This document shows, piece by piece, positions 37,059 through 52,439 of a stretch of DNA of 64,000 bases. A model generated the notes under the pieces. That model was not told the origin of the DNA, did no database searches, and was given only the letters and a program-made list of their open reading frames with translations. The position numbers and the translations under genes are program-made. The DNA comes from Octopus sinensis (taxonomy: Eukaryota): assembly GCF_006345805.1 (NCBI RefSeq), contig NC_043006.1:88164001-88228000 (forward strand). The letters run 5' to 3'. Every line of letters begins with the position of its first letter. Positions within the stretch are counted from its first letter, which is position 1.

Positions 37059-37170
37059 CGATGGGCTTCCTTCAGTTTCTGTCTACCAAATCCACACACA
37101 AGAATTTGGCCAGCTCAGGGCTATAACAGAAGACACTTGGCCAAATTGCCACACAGTGGCAAAAACCATG
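37059..37170 (-). mobile_element. CORE-type SINE 5' half
   Basis: cgatgggcttccttcagtttctgtctaccaaatcc...gaagacacttggccaa, similar to 7598-7709. Confidence 0.7.
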
Positions 37171-39295
37171 TGGTTAGGTTCAAAATATGAGTATTAACAC
37201 TGACAAAGTTTACAATGTATCAGACACTTGAAAAGACACATTGTCAGGAGTTGGCACTTGGTATTCAGTACCCTTGACCAGTCCTACAACATTCTTTCTT
37301 CTCCCAGCAGGTGTCCTTTACCAATTTTTTTTCTACATCATCTTCCACTCTCATTACACCAAATAAAATTGCTGTTCAATAATTATAATTCAAATCTGGA
37401 GATTTATGATCATGCTGAGTAAATCTATTACTTAGCAAAATTCAAAATATTTCATTTCAAATCATTTGCATCATCTGAGCTTCTTAGCCACCCAACCTGT
37501 TCTTCATCCACCTTTGATGGGAGTGGTAGGGACTTCACCAATTTTCGTTATAACTAAGTTCTTCTGATTTTAATTGCATTAAGAAAGTTTTGCACAAATT
37601 ATTTTTAAGGCCCATTGATTTTAGTTATCCATGTGTTCACCTAATTTTCCGTGTGTGTAGCATAGGCCCTAGCAGTTAGACCTTGTATTCTTTCCTAAAC
37701 TATTTATACTCTGTTCACTAATCATCAGAGTAGGTAAGAAAAGTGCTGATTCACCTGGAAATTTTTTAGTTTAGTGGTTTACTGCATAATATAGTGGCTC
37801 AGATATAATTTAGTGGTTTATTGTATAATATAAAATAATCTTGCTTGAGAATGAGTTAAATGATAAAACATTTGCTTCAGCTGGTCATTGCAATCTCCAA
37901 ATAAATCACTAAACACTTTCAGTGTTTGTTAATCTAGGAATACCAAAAAAAAGTACCAGCTAATCTAACAATAACGACTTACAGTTGTATTGTGTACAAT
38001 TAGTTCATTGCTTTTGTATCTTAAAGTTTTCATTAAAATCAACTATATTAAGATATAAATATAATATTGGAGAGATTTGAGAAAGAAGGAATTGCAAAAC
38101 CAGATGCAATTTTGTTGAATGCTCACTAAACATTATTTAAAAAGTTACAAAAAAATTTCTTGCACAGACTTGATATAAAATTGTTAGAAATTTTTCAACA
38201 AGATCTTGGTGGAGCCACCTGTTAGTATCAGAAGGAGAAAAGAATAACTTGACTCTATTTAGAATATCTTCCTAGTAGTTAGACACTTCAGAAGAATAAC
38301 TCAGATTAACAAAAATATTAACAACAAACAAAAGAACCTCAACAGCAACCATTAATATTATGGTAGTGAAAATAATTGCATCAATAATAGCAAGCCATAA
38401 GGGATGGGGAAACCACAAGATTATGAGAAACATGTTTCAGAAAAAATAAAACTCAACAATTCTTTGAGTAAACATTTTTTCTTCTTTAGAGAAAGACAAT
38501 GAAAAAGAAGACAGACACTTTAGTTAGTTAATAGACAAACTAAGAGACAAATTAGATGGCTTCATAAAAAGATTAACAAAGTGAAGAGGGGGAGGAAAAA
38601 ATTAGTTACTTCAATAAAGCCACAGTATATAGACATAAATACACACGTTCATATATATAAATACGCACATGCACACACACACATATATTTGCTCATACAC
38701 ACATGTGTATACACATCATGCACTCATGTCTGTATGTAAGTGTATGTTTCTATGTGGAGGGAGAGTGAGAGGGAGAAAGATATAATCATATAATAATATA
38801 TGCATATTTAAATATATATGAGTATGCATGTATATATTTATTACCATTATCATAATCATTATCAATGCTTTAAAATCTGCTTTTCCATACCTGCATGCAG
38901 CAGACAGAATTTGACGAGGTCAATATTTTATGACTGTACATCCTTCACTAACCCTCACATACTTATAAATAAACATGTATATAATATATATATATAGATA
39001 TATATATATATATACATGTGTGTGCGTGTAGATGTATATATGTGTGTGTATATATATATATATATACACACACATATATTTATATATACATGCACACACA
39101 CATATTCACGTATTTATATATGTATGTATTTCATTTTTTAATTTATCTTTATAGATTTTCCATAGAATTTAGAGCCAGCATTGAAAGTTATGACGTTTTG
39201 TATACAATATACAAACACTTCTTTGTAAACAATGTGATCAAACACAGAATAAGACCTAATGGGTGTATATGCATTTGTGGGAGTTTAATGGGTTG

Positions 39296-39349
39296 GATGT
39301 AGTACTGAAGAAGGAGCAGTAACTCCTGAAATATGCATATACACCCATC
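39296..39349 (+). ncRNA. Minimal type-I hammerhead ribozyme, intact core
   Basis: GAUG-UA-GUA-CUGAAGA-AGGAG/CUCCU-GAAA-UAUGCA-UA^UAC-ACC-CAUC; predicted cleavage after 39339. Confidence 0.68.
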
Positions 39350-39810
39350 TGATTTGTCTCTTTGTCTATTAAGTTTAGTTGTGTAACACTAGTGGATAGA
39401 TTAATTTAGATAGTAAGCACATTCCTGGCAACTGGTACATAGATACTAATTATCAGTAGGGACCCCATATTTTGTTTTGCAACCATAATATACTACCAAG
39501 TATATTAAATGTTTATAAACCTATACTTGCTAGTATATTATGACTGCAAAATGAAATACTGTATCTCACCAGCAATTATATATGTATACATCAAATGATA
39601 ATGATGGCATAGCACATATAAACTGTAGATGAACAAGTTGAAACTTTCAACAATATTTAATGGTGAACTTGTTCTGCTTTTCAATCAAAGCCAAATTGAT
39701 GATGGCACATTGTCTGGCTTGTTGATAATTTAGTAAACACCTCTGAAAAAAAGCTATAAGAAAAATGGTTCCATTCATAAATTTACCTTTATTGAATTTG
39801 GTATTGAATA

Positions 39811-40149
39811 TTGCCAGCGCCACCCCAACTGGCCTCCGTGCCGGTGGCATGAAAAAGCACCATCCGAATGTGGCTATTGCCAGCCTCGTCTGGCCCCCGT
39901 GCTGGTGGCACGTAAAAAGCACCATCCGATCGTGGCCGTTTGCCAGCCTCGTCTGGCACCTGTGCAGGTGGCACATAAAAAGCACCCACTACACTCTCAG
40001 AGTGGTTGGCGTTAGGAAGGGCATCCAGATGTAGAAACACTGCCTGATCAGACTGGGCCTGGCGCAGTCTCCTGGCTTCCCAGACCCCAGTTGAACTGTC
40101 CAATCCATGCTAGCATGGAAAACGGACGTTAAACGATGATGATGATGAT
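39811..40149 (+). mobile_element. RTE 3'-UTR-only copy (severely 5'-truncated, or SINE-like)
   Basis: About three 62-bp-type units plus the same terminal segment and (GAT)n as 31600-31916. Confidence 0.9.
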
Positions 40150-40909
40150 ATATACATACACATACATTCACTCGCTCACATAACATATAAATTTATGCAT
40201 ATTCTGCTATTTTTTTCACTTTTCTTGATTATTCCTTCAGAAACAAGATTAGAATGTTTCATTTTTTGTTGGATTTTCACCTTATTTCTTTCTTTTTCTT
40301 CTGTAGGTAGTGTGGAAAACCATATTGGTTACGTTTATTTATTGTATTGTTTCTGTTTTTCCCCACTAACACCACTATCACAAAAACAACTATCACCATC
40401 TTCTTTATATCCTTCTATTTTCTGCTTTTCAGCAAGTGTTCAATATATTTTTTTTTTTTTTTGTGGGCTGGGGTTCAGTTGTGGATTGAGTGAGGAAGAA
40501 TGCATAAAAAGCAGTAAAAACACTCTTGCTGGGAAACAAAAAGTTAAAATTGTTATTGATTTGTTTGATACATGACAGTAAAATAGGTTTCTATATTGAT
40601 GACATGGGCATTAATTATTTGAAAAATAAAAATAATGATAATAATAATAATGATAATAATGATAATGCTAAATTTAAGGAAAAAAATTTTTTATGAGATA
40701 AATTTGGATATTTTATAATAAAACAAAAAAAAGGAATTTATAAGAAATGGAGATTGCAATATAAAACAGCTATAAAATATATATTTCTATTTTATAGTAT
40801 TCCTGCATACTCAACTAAGGACTCATTATTTGAGATATTTCATATCATTTCCCCTCCCCCCTCACACACAAATCCACACACATATGCATATATATATGTG
40901 TGTGTGTGT

Positions 40910-40953
<44 letters not shown>

Positions 40954-41175
40954 GCACGCACATACATACATATATATACATGTTTATATACACATATATG
41001 TGTATACATGACTAAATTGATAAGTACTTATGGATGTATGCACAAAGGAACAACTCTATACAGATAAATATAATCATACATATACATACTTGCTTGCAGG
41101 GTGGCAGAAAGATGGAGAAAGACATAAATACATTCACATATATGCATACATACACATTTAAACCGATAAAGAGAA

Positions 41176-41206
<31 letters not shown>

Positions 41207-41409
41207 ATCATCAACGTATACAAGCATGCATACATATAGCATACACAAACAATGGCATACATGCAAAAAAATGTGTATGTAAACATTAGCATCATGCATA
41301 TATACAAACACAGAGACACACACACTCACAAATATAATTACATACAAGATACATAAACGTAAACACATAGCATTATACATAAATACAATGCAGAAGCTTA
41401 CATACAGAA

Positions 41410-41725
<316 letters not shown>

Positions 41726-43060
41726 ATTATGTCTTTAAGAGGATAGTAACACATACATGTTCTGAAATGCAATTTTATTCCATTGAGAGGATCCATGAAA
41801 TCAGATTGGATCAGATTAAGTATGCACCTTAAGAGGGAAATAAAAATATAATGTCATTTACAGTAAGATGTTAATACATGGAGACCTATTTTAAACTGTT
41901 ATCCTACTAAAGAGTAATTAGCGAAGTTCTGACATCTAGGTCTTTTGCTTTTCTGTTTTTTTTGTTTTCTTTTCTTTTTCCATTTTTTGGGGTTTTGTTC
42001 TTTTTTGCTAGCATATAAGGAATAGTGTGTCTATTTAATGTCTTCTGTTATAATTTGAGTCACATCTTAGATGCTTTGTAAGAATATTGATTTCTGCCAC
42101 ATGCACCAGAACTTACACTTGCTGATGGATACAAAGTGTTAAACTGAGCCCTGCATTTAATTGGTTTCTCTATTTTATGGACCACAGTCCCAGACAGATA
42201 ACAAGTAAAATTTATCTCTGTGGGATCTGAACTCAGAATGTAGATAGTTATAACTACATACTGCAATGGTCTCAAGCTTTTGTCAGTCAAATCATAATAA
42301 CTAACAGATCATGGAAATCTGATTGGAAAGTGTGCAGCAATTCAACTAGACGCATCTCTCTGTAAAACCATAAATATTCTAAGATTGAAAAAGCTACTAT
42401 AAAAAGGATCAAATGAAAACAAAAGTTGATAATTATCAAGATTTTGAATATGATAAAATCATGTGAGATCAAACTGCAACATATACTTTGGATATTTATC
42501 TGGATACATGACTGTTTTTAAGATTAAAGTACCTAACACTAGAAATGTATAAACTTAACAGTAAGAAGGTAATGCTGTCTGTGAACTGTTCAAGATTTCT
42601 CATATAAACACATAACCTGATATACAGCAGATGGAGATCACTGATTACACTGACTCTTGTACTTAACTGGTACTTATGTTATTGGCCTCGGGAGAATGAA
42701 AAGTGAAGCTGATCCAAAATGATGGATATAGTGTCCATCATTCTACTGATTCTATCATCCTAAAATTGATAAATTATTTATTAATTTGGCAACGATGAGT
42801 TCATATCCATCCATAGTAAAAGTAATTTCTGATGGACCAGAAACCTAGTTGCAAAGACAGATCAGTCTTTGCAACTAGGGACCACCAGTGATCAAATAAA
42901 AAATTACTTAAGTATTTCACTTGGTTGTATGTTTTGAAGTCAAAAGTTTAAGAAAAAAATAGAAACTATTTGAGTGAATTTGATTTATTAATCACATTTG
43001 TGAACAAGAAAATTATGAATAATTTGTTTATCATGATGCTCAGAATTTAAAAAATTTGTG

Positions 43061-43374
43061 CCACACCCAGTTATCCCTTGTAATACACTCAGCTAGTCCC
43101 AGTGGTACTCTTAGATACCCTGGTGACACATCTAGATATCCTTCCTGAAGCACTCAGATATTTCTTGTGACAACACTTAGTAACCTTTAGTGACACATTG
43201 TAGCACACTTATATACATTTGTATGCTATATACATACCCCTTATGACAAAATACAACTTGTGATACACCTAAATATTCTTGGTGCACCCCTAGATACTCC
43301 TTGTGGTACACTAAATATCCCTTGTGGAACATCTAGATATACATTTTTGCTTACCTAGATACCCCCAGTGGAAC
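43061..43374. repeat. Degenerate minisatellite, about 14 units of about 22 bp
   Basis: Consensus close to acacctagatatcccttgtggt. Confidence 0.75.
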
Positions 43375-45318
43375 AACAGTGTACTGTGGCACGAGAACCA
43401 CTGACAAAGTGTGAAGTAAATATTATATTATGGTAGGTGTTGTGGAATCTGTTCTTCCATTACAAAAACTAGAACAGTAAAAAGTGAAGAATATACATCA
43501 TATAGAAAGCACAGATAGAAAACATAAATATTGGGAGGAAATATTTTTAAAAAATTACACACACACACATACACACACACACACATACACACACACACAC
43601 ACACACAAGCACACACATATGGCAGTGTAGTAGTAGTGAATTCTGGATTATAGATAAGAAAATAAGATAAGAAAATCAAATTTTAAGTCTGAGTTTGAAG
43701 CACTTCATTTTGAAGCAAAAGAATAAAGCTGAGGAAATATAGACTTAAGAACGGTTGAATGGTTAGAAAATTCACTCATGCTTTCAAGTATGATCCCACT
43801 GTATGACAACTTGGCCAAATGTCTCTTACTTTAGCTTCATATTGACCAAGGCTTTGAGGGTGAAATATTGTGAATGGAAACTGTATGGAGGCCCCAGAAA
43901 GAATTATTGGCAGTCTCCTTCCTTTACGGGAAAAGTCATTAAAATGGTACAAAGTTTCATATTGTCAGATCACCAAATCACTATTATGTGAAACAAGTAG
44001 AATTTCAATGTCATTTGATAAGGGAATGCAGTGAATTAGTTTATATGGAATATGAAAAAACAGTATGTAAAGGTTTATGGTCTATCTCTTGCAAATTGTA
44101 CTTCAAGTATAAATAACTGGTGTAAAGTGATATACACCTCCAGAGTAACTTGGAATTTTAAAACATTCAACTACATTTGAAATTCAATATCTAATTGCTA
44201 AATATATTTGAATTGAAGTGCAGATAAAGTTGGATGTCATAAGAAAGCAGAGGTTCATAAATGATCAGTCTGTTTTAAAACAAAGAATACTCCTTTTATC
44301 ATCACACCTCACAATGCTACAATACACCTGGGAGTATAAATGAACCAGCAAAGAAGCTTCTAAGCAGTCACTCGACTAGCTATAAATAGCAACCAAATGC
44401 CATCAAATCGCACCTTAAATAAGTAGGGACATTGTATAATGTGGTCTTAGCAGTGCTGTGCCCAGAGAAACAAATAATTATAGATGGAATAATTATAGAC
44501 CCGAACTATAGGTCTGCATGATCGGAACTGACCTGGGACTACACAACAAAGCTAAGGAGACCTATACTATTTCATCAAATTTACATTACTGCCAGGACTG
44601 TTTATGGTAGAGGGACAATACAAACCTGTTGTACTTACTTAGATGTAGACAAACTGACCCACTGGAAGTTCTGATTTTTGGCCCAGAGCACTGTGAAGAA
44701 TTGTGAAAAATTGTTCATACAATATGAAACACTGACCCATTGGTTGGTTCTATTGTTTCAACTGAGCTAGCTGTAGTTCTTTGTAAAGCTTTTACACAGT
44801 GATACAATCTGCAAGAAATAGCAGCTAAATCCATCTCAAATCATCCACCCCCACCCAATCATTTAAAAAAATGGAAAGACATTGAATAATGTAGCCTAAA
44901 TGCACTACAAAGATGAGCAAGTCATGGCTAGAAATGCTTTATATCATAAGATTGTACCATCTGGGTTGATCTGAGAAAATGAAAAAGTTGAAAACTATCC
45001 AGAATTTCCATTTGAGATTATTTGGAATACTGCTATCTCCTGTTGTCCTGAAATATATCTGAATACATACCAGGAAGAAAAATTCATTACCTTTATGAAA
45101 ATAACTTCAAATTTGTTTTGCTTTTACAATTTTTCTACAATGATGTATATATTCAAAATCAATTAGATGTTCAAGATGTTATAAGTTTCTTTGTTTAATA
45201 ATCAACAATATATTCAACATTGAAACATTTTTGAAGAAAATTTAAATAATCAAATATGCTTCTTTGTCCTATGATATAGTATCACTAAAAATTGTGTTGT
45301 GTAAGGTTTATACCTATA

Positions 45319-45698
45319 CTAGCAGTATCGCCCGGCGTTGCTCAGGTTTGTAAGGGAAATAACTATAAAGCATTTTTAGAGAGTTATAGCCAAAAAATAG
45401 CAAAAAAATGGAAAAAAATGATGGTAAATTTTTTTTTTTTGATAGTTAAAAAATGTGGAGTTGCGTCCCCTACACAGTTTGTGGTTTGTCGGTATACCCC
45501 ATGTCGAATTTATCGATTTTTTTCAGAACTGGGGGAACTTTTCAAAATTTTCGCTGCGTTAGTTTTGAATTATGACATTGGGCTATGTGTGTGTCAAGTT
45601 TCATCAGAATCGGTTGAAAGCCATGGTCAGGGTGAGGGTACAAGCAAACAGACACACAGAAACACGCACAGACAAACTGCCGTTTATATAGAGAGAGA
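45319..45698 (-). mobile_element. Non-autonomous Helitron
   Basis: Minus strand starts A|TC at 45698, ends CTAG|T at 45319, with a GC-rich hairpin (45331-45346) near the 3' end and an internal (GTCT/GTGT)-type repeat; no TSD. Confidence 0.85.
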
Positions 45699-46925
45699 TG
45701 AAATATATAAATAATATTATTTCAGAGAAAGAGAAGACTCCAGATTATAAGAGCTTCAAAATATGTTATGTTTCCAAACAGTAAATATACAGTATATATA
45801 ACAGACTATTTGAGGACTAAAATAAATATCAAATAAAACTGGAACTGGCATTGCAGAGTTACCATTTTCAATTTCTCCTAAAGTTAATGAGGTTCCATAT
45901 ACTACCATAAATTGGGAGAAATAAACAACAAAATAATAATAATAGCAATTAGGAAATACAAGTACATAGAGTCAATGGGACAGGTGCAAACCAGGTGTAG
46001 ATCATTATAAAAGACAAAGTTCAGGTCTTTAAACTAAATGTAGATTGACCAAATTATAACATCTTGGTAAAGGCAGTTATAAACTTTTTCAAATATATAC
46101 CTGGAATTATAATTGCCACCAAACAAAATATGGAAACAAGAGTAGTCGCAGTTATCATGTGATTAAGAAACTGTGAAACTGGTGACAAAAAGCATTGAAG
46201 AATTGCTTGGGAAATCTTCCATATGTGAGGTCCCAAAAAATAGTAATCCTAGAAACAGTGCTCATTCTGAGTAAAACATTATAAAATAAAGGAAAAGAAG
46301 GCTTGTAGCCAAATATCCTCTACTCTAGAGCTACAGAAAGGCTTCACAAGACTAGAGTATATGCATACCCTGAACAGAATAATAGCAGTGGTAAAAAAAA
46401 AAATTGAGATTTACAAATGATGAATGTTACTATCTATGTTATCCTATTCAATCATGATCTGTTTTTGTCCTTAAACTAACACAAACAGAACCTTGATCCA
46501 TGTGGAAAAAAATGCTATTTCAGAAAAAATGCTTATGCACATATATATATATATAGAGAGAGAGAGGGGTGAGAGATACATACATATATATACATGATGA
46601 CAACAAAATAATGAAATCAAACATCAAAAATTCTTGAATAAATATTTGGTTGTTATATTGATAAAAGAAATATAAAAATAACTTTGGTGTGGTCATATCA
46701 AATACAGAAGGTTTTGAAAGCAGTATAATACAAACAGGCATAAAGAAGAGTATCCAAATATGACCCATATATACATATATGTGTGTATACACACACACAC
46801 ACACACATATATACATAGAGAGAGAGAGAGAGAGACATATAAATGTGTTTGTACGTGTGTATTTATACACAGAATATTAATGCAAACATATAAATACATT
46901 GTGTGTGTGTGTGCATGTGTGTGTA

Positions 46926-46963
<38 letters not shown>

Positions 46964-47009
46964 TTGAACACCACGCATCCATTTCCAAGTAAGATTTTAT
47001 TGTATATAT

Positions 47010-47988
47010 ATATATATATATATATATACATACATACACACTTGAAAATGAATGCATGGTGTTCATTCATATAATAATCTAAATAATATATAAATATATG
47101 CATATATACCTACATGTATATATATATGAGTGTATGTACATAAATGTACATATGTAAGTAGTGTTCATATGTATTTGGATGTGTGCATATATCAGGAAGA
47201 AAATAACTGAGTTTGACTTAACATTCAACAAAAGATACATACATATATGCATGTATACATACATAAGTACTTACTCATAGAACCATGAGCAGTTAATCAG
47301 ATACATATGTATTAACATAATTAGGTACACACAGACCTGTCAACAAATACTGGCAAGGAAATATATATATATACACACACAATTATTAATGTGCATGAAT
47401 ATCTTTACACAGCTATAGTCATGCACTTATACGGATGCATACACAGATACACACAAACACACTATATATGTGTGTTTGTAAGTGTGCATGTATGTATGTA
47501 TATATATATATATATATATATACATACATACACACTTGAAAATGAATGCATGGTGTTCATTCATATAATAATCTAAATAATATATAAATATATGCATATA
47601 TACCTACATGTATATATATATGAGTGTATGTACATAAATGTACATATGTAAGTAGTGTTCATATGTATTTGGATGTGTGCATATATCAGGAAGAAAATAA
47701 CTGAGTTTGACTTAACATTCAACAAAAGATACATACATATATGCATGTATACATACATAAGTACTTACTCATAGAACCATGAGCAGTTAATCAGATACAT
47801 ATGTATTAACATAATTAGGTACACACAGACCTGTCAACAAATACTGGCAAGGAAATATATATATATACACACACAATTATTAATGTGCATGAATATCTTT
47901 ACACAGCTATAGTCATGCACTTATACGGATGCATACACAGATACACACAAACACACTATATATGTGTGTTTGTAAGTGTGCATGTATG

Positions 47989-47997
<9 letters not shown>
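47010..47997. repeat. Direct tandem duplication of a 494-bp unit
   Basis: 47041 matches 47535 and 47487 matches 47981; identical ORFs at 47079-47264 and 47573-47758. Confidence 0.95.
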
Positions 47998-48025
<28 letters not shown>

Positions 48026-49269
48026 GCAGCACACATACAATAAATATTCTTGGTATTTCAGCAATAAATAATGTCATTCTGTAAATACAGAACACATCAT
48101 CTATATTTACTCACACTGTCCATAATAAACAGTAATGAAAAACTCTTTCTGAATAGTAAAGACATCTCCTGCTTCCATTTACCAAATAAATACACACACA
48201 TTTATATGGCGATATTCACAAGCACACACATTCACATAATGATATTGACATGCACGTATATCCAGATCTACATACTCGTATCTTAAAAACAAAAACAAAA
48301 AATATAAAAGTGCATATATGTGTGTGTGTGTGTTTGTGTGTTTGTATGTGTATTATATAAACTTCAGTTTTTTAGTTGTTTCCCTGATAGAGTAGAATCT
48401 ATATATATGTTAATATTGTATAGAATAAATTCAAGCAGAGGACACAGAAACAACCAACAGCAATATCAATTATATTTTCTATATATAAAGAAATGCTATA
48501 TTTTACATATATAAACAGTCCTACTTTTGCAGAGCTTACCTGTCCAAAAGAGTAATCATTTAGTAATAAACATTAATTGTCACCTTATTCACCATTGTTT
48601 TTAAGAGATTAGGAAAGGGCTAATCTAGTCTAATAACTGTATTTAATTATTGATGTATTACTTACATATATTCGTACCAAAGCTGTCAGCAAGAATATGG
48701 CTTTGGTTCTGTACAAACCACATTGACTTTAAATATAAACACTGTTTATGTAACTCAGATTATATTGTGTCACTTCATTCAACAATAAGGTAGTTGAATA
48801 CAAATATGTATGAGTGAGTACCACAGGTATGTTTTCTCTCTTGGTGAGAATTACTAGGCCTGCAAACTTTACTGCTGAAACCTCTCCTAATAATGTAACC
48901 TTATTCCTCCATTTAACTCCTTTCCCAACAAAAAACCATTTACACAGTTGTTTGACCGGCAAAAATTGGCATCCAAATTTCCTTTACATTATGAATAACA
49001 CACCATCTTAAGAAAAAAAGAACATTTTAGATAATGTAGCTCTAGATACATTATACCTGAAAAACAAAATGACAGGATGATCATGTCTGAAACACCTTGG
49101 TTTATGCACTCAAGCTTGTACTAGGCCTAAACAACTCCTCTCATAGTTGTCAACTTGAGTAAGTTTAAGCCACACCAAGATTTATCAGATCAATTTCATA
49201 AACAGTACCAAGTAGCACAAAATTGTCCAAAAGTCAGCCAGATTTGTTGGAAAGTAGTTCAAAATGGAC

Positions 49270-49487
49270 ATTTGCCAGCAAATACAGACTGTGTGTTTAA
49301 GAAGTTTGTTTCCTAATTGCATAGTTTCAGATTCAGTCCCTCTACTTGGCACTTTGGGCAAGTATCTTCCACTATTGTCTCAAGTCCACCAAAGCCTTGA
49401 GAGGTGATTTGCCAAATATAAACTACAGCAACCAATAGTATGTGTGTGTGTGTGAGTGTGTGTTAGTGTCTGTTAGTGTGTGTTAGT

Positions 49488-49530
<43 letters not shown>

Positions 49531-49760
49531 CATGTCTCCTTGTCTTGATATCTCATGATGGTTGTAAGCAAGCTTCACCAGCTCATAAGTTGTGTCATTC
49601 GTTTTCAATCATCCATGCAAACATATATCCTCCAGCCATGGGAAAATATTACCTTGCATACAAACAGGCAAGATCGATGACAGGAAGGGCATCAAACAGA
49701 AAAATCTGCCTGAATAAATTCTGTCTGATGATGCAAGCATAAAAATATGGACATTGAAAT
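49270..49760 (+). mobile_element. CORE-type SINE with internal (GT)n and an RTE-derived tail
   Basis: ggcactttgggcaagtatctt CORE segment; tail gacaggaagggcatc...gcaagcataaaaatatggacattgaaatg. Confidence 0.65.
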
Positions 49761-49808
49761 GTGTGTGTGTGTGTATGTGTGTGTGCGTGCATGTGTGTGT
49801 ACTTAGAA

Positions 49809-49842
<34 letters not shown>

Positions 49843-52141
49843 AAAGTCAGTTCTAATTTACTTAATTGATAATTTGATGTAGAATTCTTACATTTAAAGT
49901 AAAATTTTAAAGCATCACAAATCTAAATCAATGAAAGCCATAGCAAACCATCCAGAATGTCATGTAATCTGCTACTTGTAACCCAATCTTACAACCCTGA
50001 ACTGAACACCAACAGCTTAAGCCTCCCCAATATAAGAAAGTCAACAGAGGTTATGGGCACTGACCCTTCTTTATTGACTAATTAATTTTAAAAATAGATT
50101 TACAATTAATAATGTAAATATCAGAAAAACAATTAACAAAGATAATTTCTAACACAGGGTAAAAGAAAACAACCGATATAAAATGAATAAGTAAATAGAT
50201 GAATTAATTAAAAATCCATCTTCCCTCCTTGGGGAATGGACACATCCACCTCATATGCATATACGCTACAATAATTGCCCCATCAATCAATACTGTAGCA
50301 TAGACCATGTAATCAAACCATAATAGCCACTCACATAATCTGACCTACTCTTTGTACAAAGCTCTAAAAATATGCTCTATTTCTTAAGTTATTAAAAGTA
50401 TCAACATAAGCTATAAATTGCAAACACAACTTTAATAGTGGTTCCGTTAGTATATCCTTCGATTTTCTCATTGATACTAACATTAATTTTACTTTAACAC
50501 TGCCATATTGAAGATAAATAAATGTGCACCCAAAAACTCAGTTCATAATTCTTTTTTCCCTTAGCATAGCACAAATATGAATCACCTTTCTATACTTGTC
50601 AAATCCATTGTTAACAATTAGAAGTGGATCAACATGAATATGTGATACCTTCTTGTATTAATCAAATACATTGTTAACCAAACAGATACGGATCAACACT
50701 GAAAAAATTAGACAGGTATTCTAGTGACTTGTTTTATTAAATATGCAAAAATGAATTGCAATAATCTAAAACCAATCACACATACATATATGCATACATG
50801 CACCAACACATACACACATAGATTCATACATAGACATACATATATGCATGCACCAACACATACACACAGATTCATACATACATACACATACATGTATGCA
50901 TACATGTACACACATGAACAAGTCAAGCATGCAAGGATGCATGCATTCATGTACACAACATACATGTGTACACATACATCCATACACATTCACACACACA
51001 TCCATACACACATATACACACTCATATGCACACATCCACATGCAGACACATCCACATCCACACACATACACATATACACATAAAAATAGAGAGAGGAACT
51101 TACTACAAAGGTTTTTAAACATATATGTTGACTTGGTTATTTCACTCAAACTTCCTCTTGCTGGTGTTTTTATGTTGTTTGTCTTTGTAGAAAGTGTGTA
51201 ATTTTATTATACACCTTCAATATATATATATTGATGGCATTCTAGTGCTTTATTATGAAGCACAGCAGTTTTACTACTGAAAGTTATCATGTCTGACATA
51301 TACACCTTGGGGGATTAGTTTAATGATTCTCAGTAGGTTATTGGATTTTAAGTACATGCCTAGGTTGAGTTTTTCAAAATACAGTTACTGATGAAAATCT
51401 CCAGGAAGTACACATAAGGAAATATTTCTAGATTATAGATTCTAATTTCAATATTTTTCTATATTTTGATATCAATATAAAACCAAACTATATGTGTGTG
51501 TGTGTATATAGACGGACACATACACACTTAAACACAGACAAACATTCACATGCACACAAGTAAATATTTTATTATTTTTCTTTTATTCTTTTATTTGTAT
51601 TTGTTTAGTGTTTTTTACTTGTTTCACTCACTGGACTGCAGCCATATATGTAAACAGAAGATAATAGATCACCAAACTTAAAACTCAGGGTAGCAAAAGA
51701 GTCAAGAGTTCACTTCCAATAAATAAAAAAAGTGTGTGTGTGTGTGCATATGTTTTTATGCAAGTATGTATTGCCAGCATTCTAGTAATTTATTATGAAG
51801 CACAGCAGTTTTAATATACAATAAGATAGTATGTCTGAAACATAATATTTTATGGCGATCAGCAGGTTATTACATTTTGAGTGCATGACTGAGTTGAATT
51901 TTATTAAAAACATGGTACGCACAAATACGTGTGTGTGTGTGCAAGAGAGAGGACTGTGCTGGTTTGTCGTGGTGCATATGGATGAGGAGGTGCATAAAAT
52001 GTGTAGATGGAGCATTGATCCAGCCCAGTAAAATGTGATATAGCAGAGGCATAGTACAACAAATAGTGCTGTCAAAGCTACAAAACAAACTTAGAAAGAT
52101 GTGAAGAACATGAGAGTAAGGAGTGATGTCAAATATCTTAA

Positions 52142-52362
52142 CCCTTTTGTTACCAACCCGGCTGAAACCGGCTCTGGCTCTGTTGTACAAATGTCTTGTT
52201 TTCTTAAGGCTTTAATTAAAATCTTCCACCAAACCTTAGTCACAATTTATGTTCCTAATACAAGCTGAACGATAACTAAGTTATTTTACTAAATTCTTTG
52301 CTATATTTAAAGTAATTGAAAGAAACACAGAACATCTCTAAATAAATACAGTAACGAAAGGG
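52142..52362. mobile_element. piggyBac-like MITE
   Basis: TIRs cccttttgttac / gtaacgaaaggg; TTAA at 52138-52141 and 52363-52366. Confidence 0.88.
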
Positions 52363-52439
52363 TTAAAGAGAAACTAAACAGGAAAGAAAACAGATGAAGT
52401 TTGCAAGTGTAATGAACAGATGAGAGATGTGAAGTCTTT

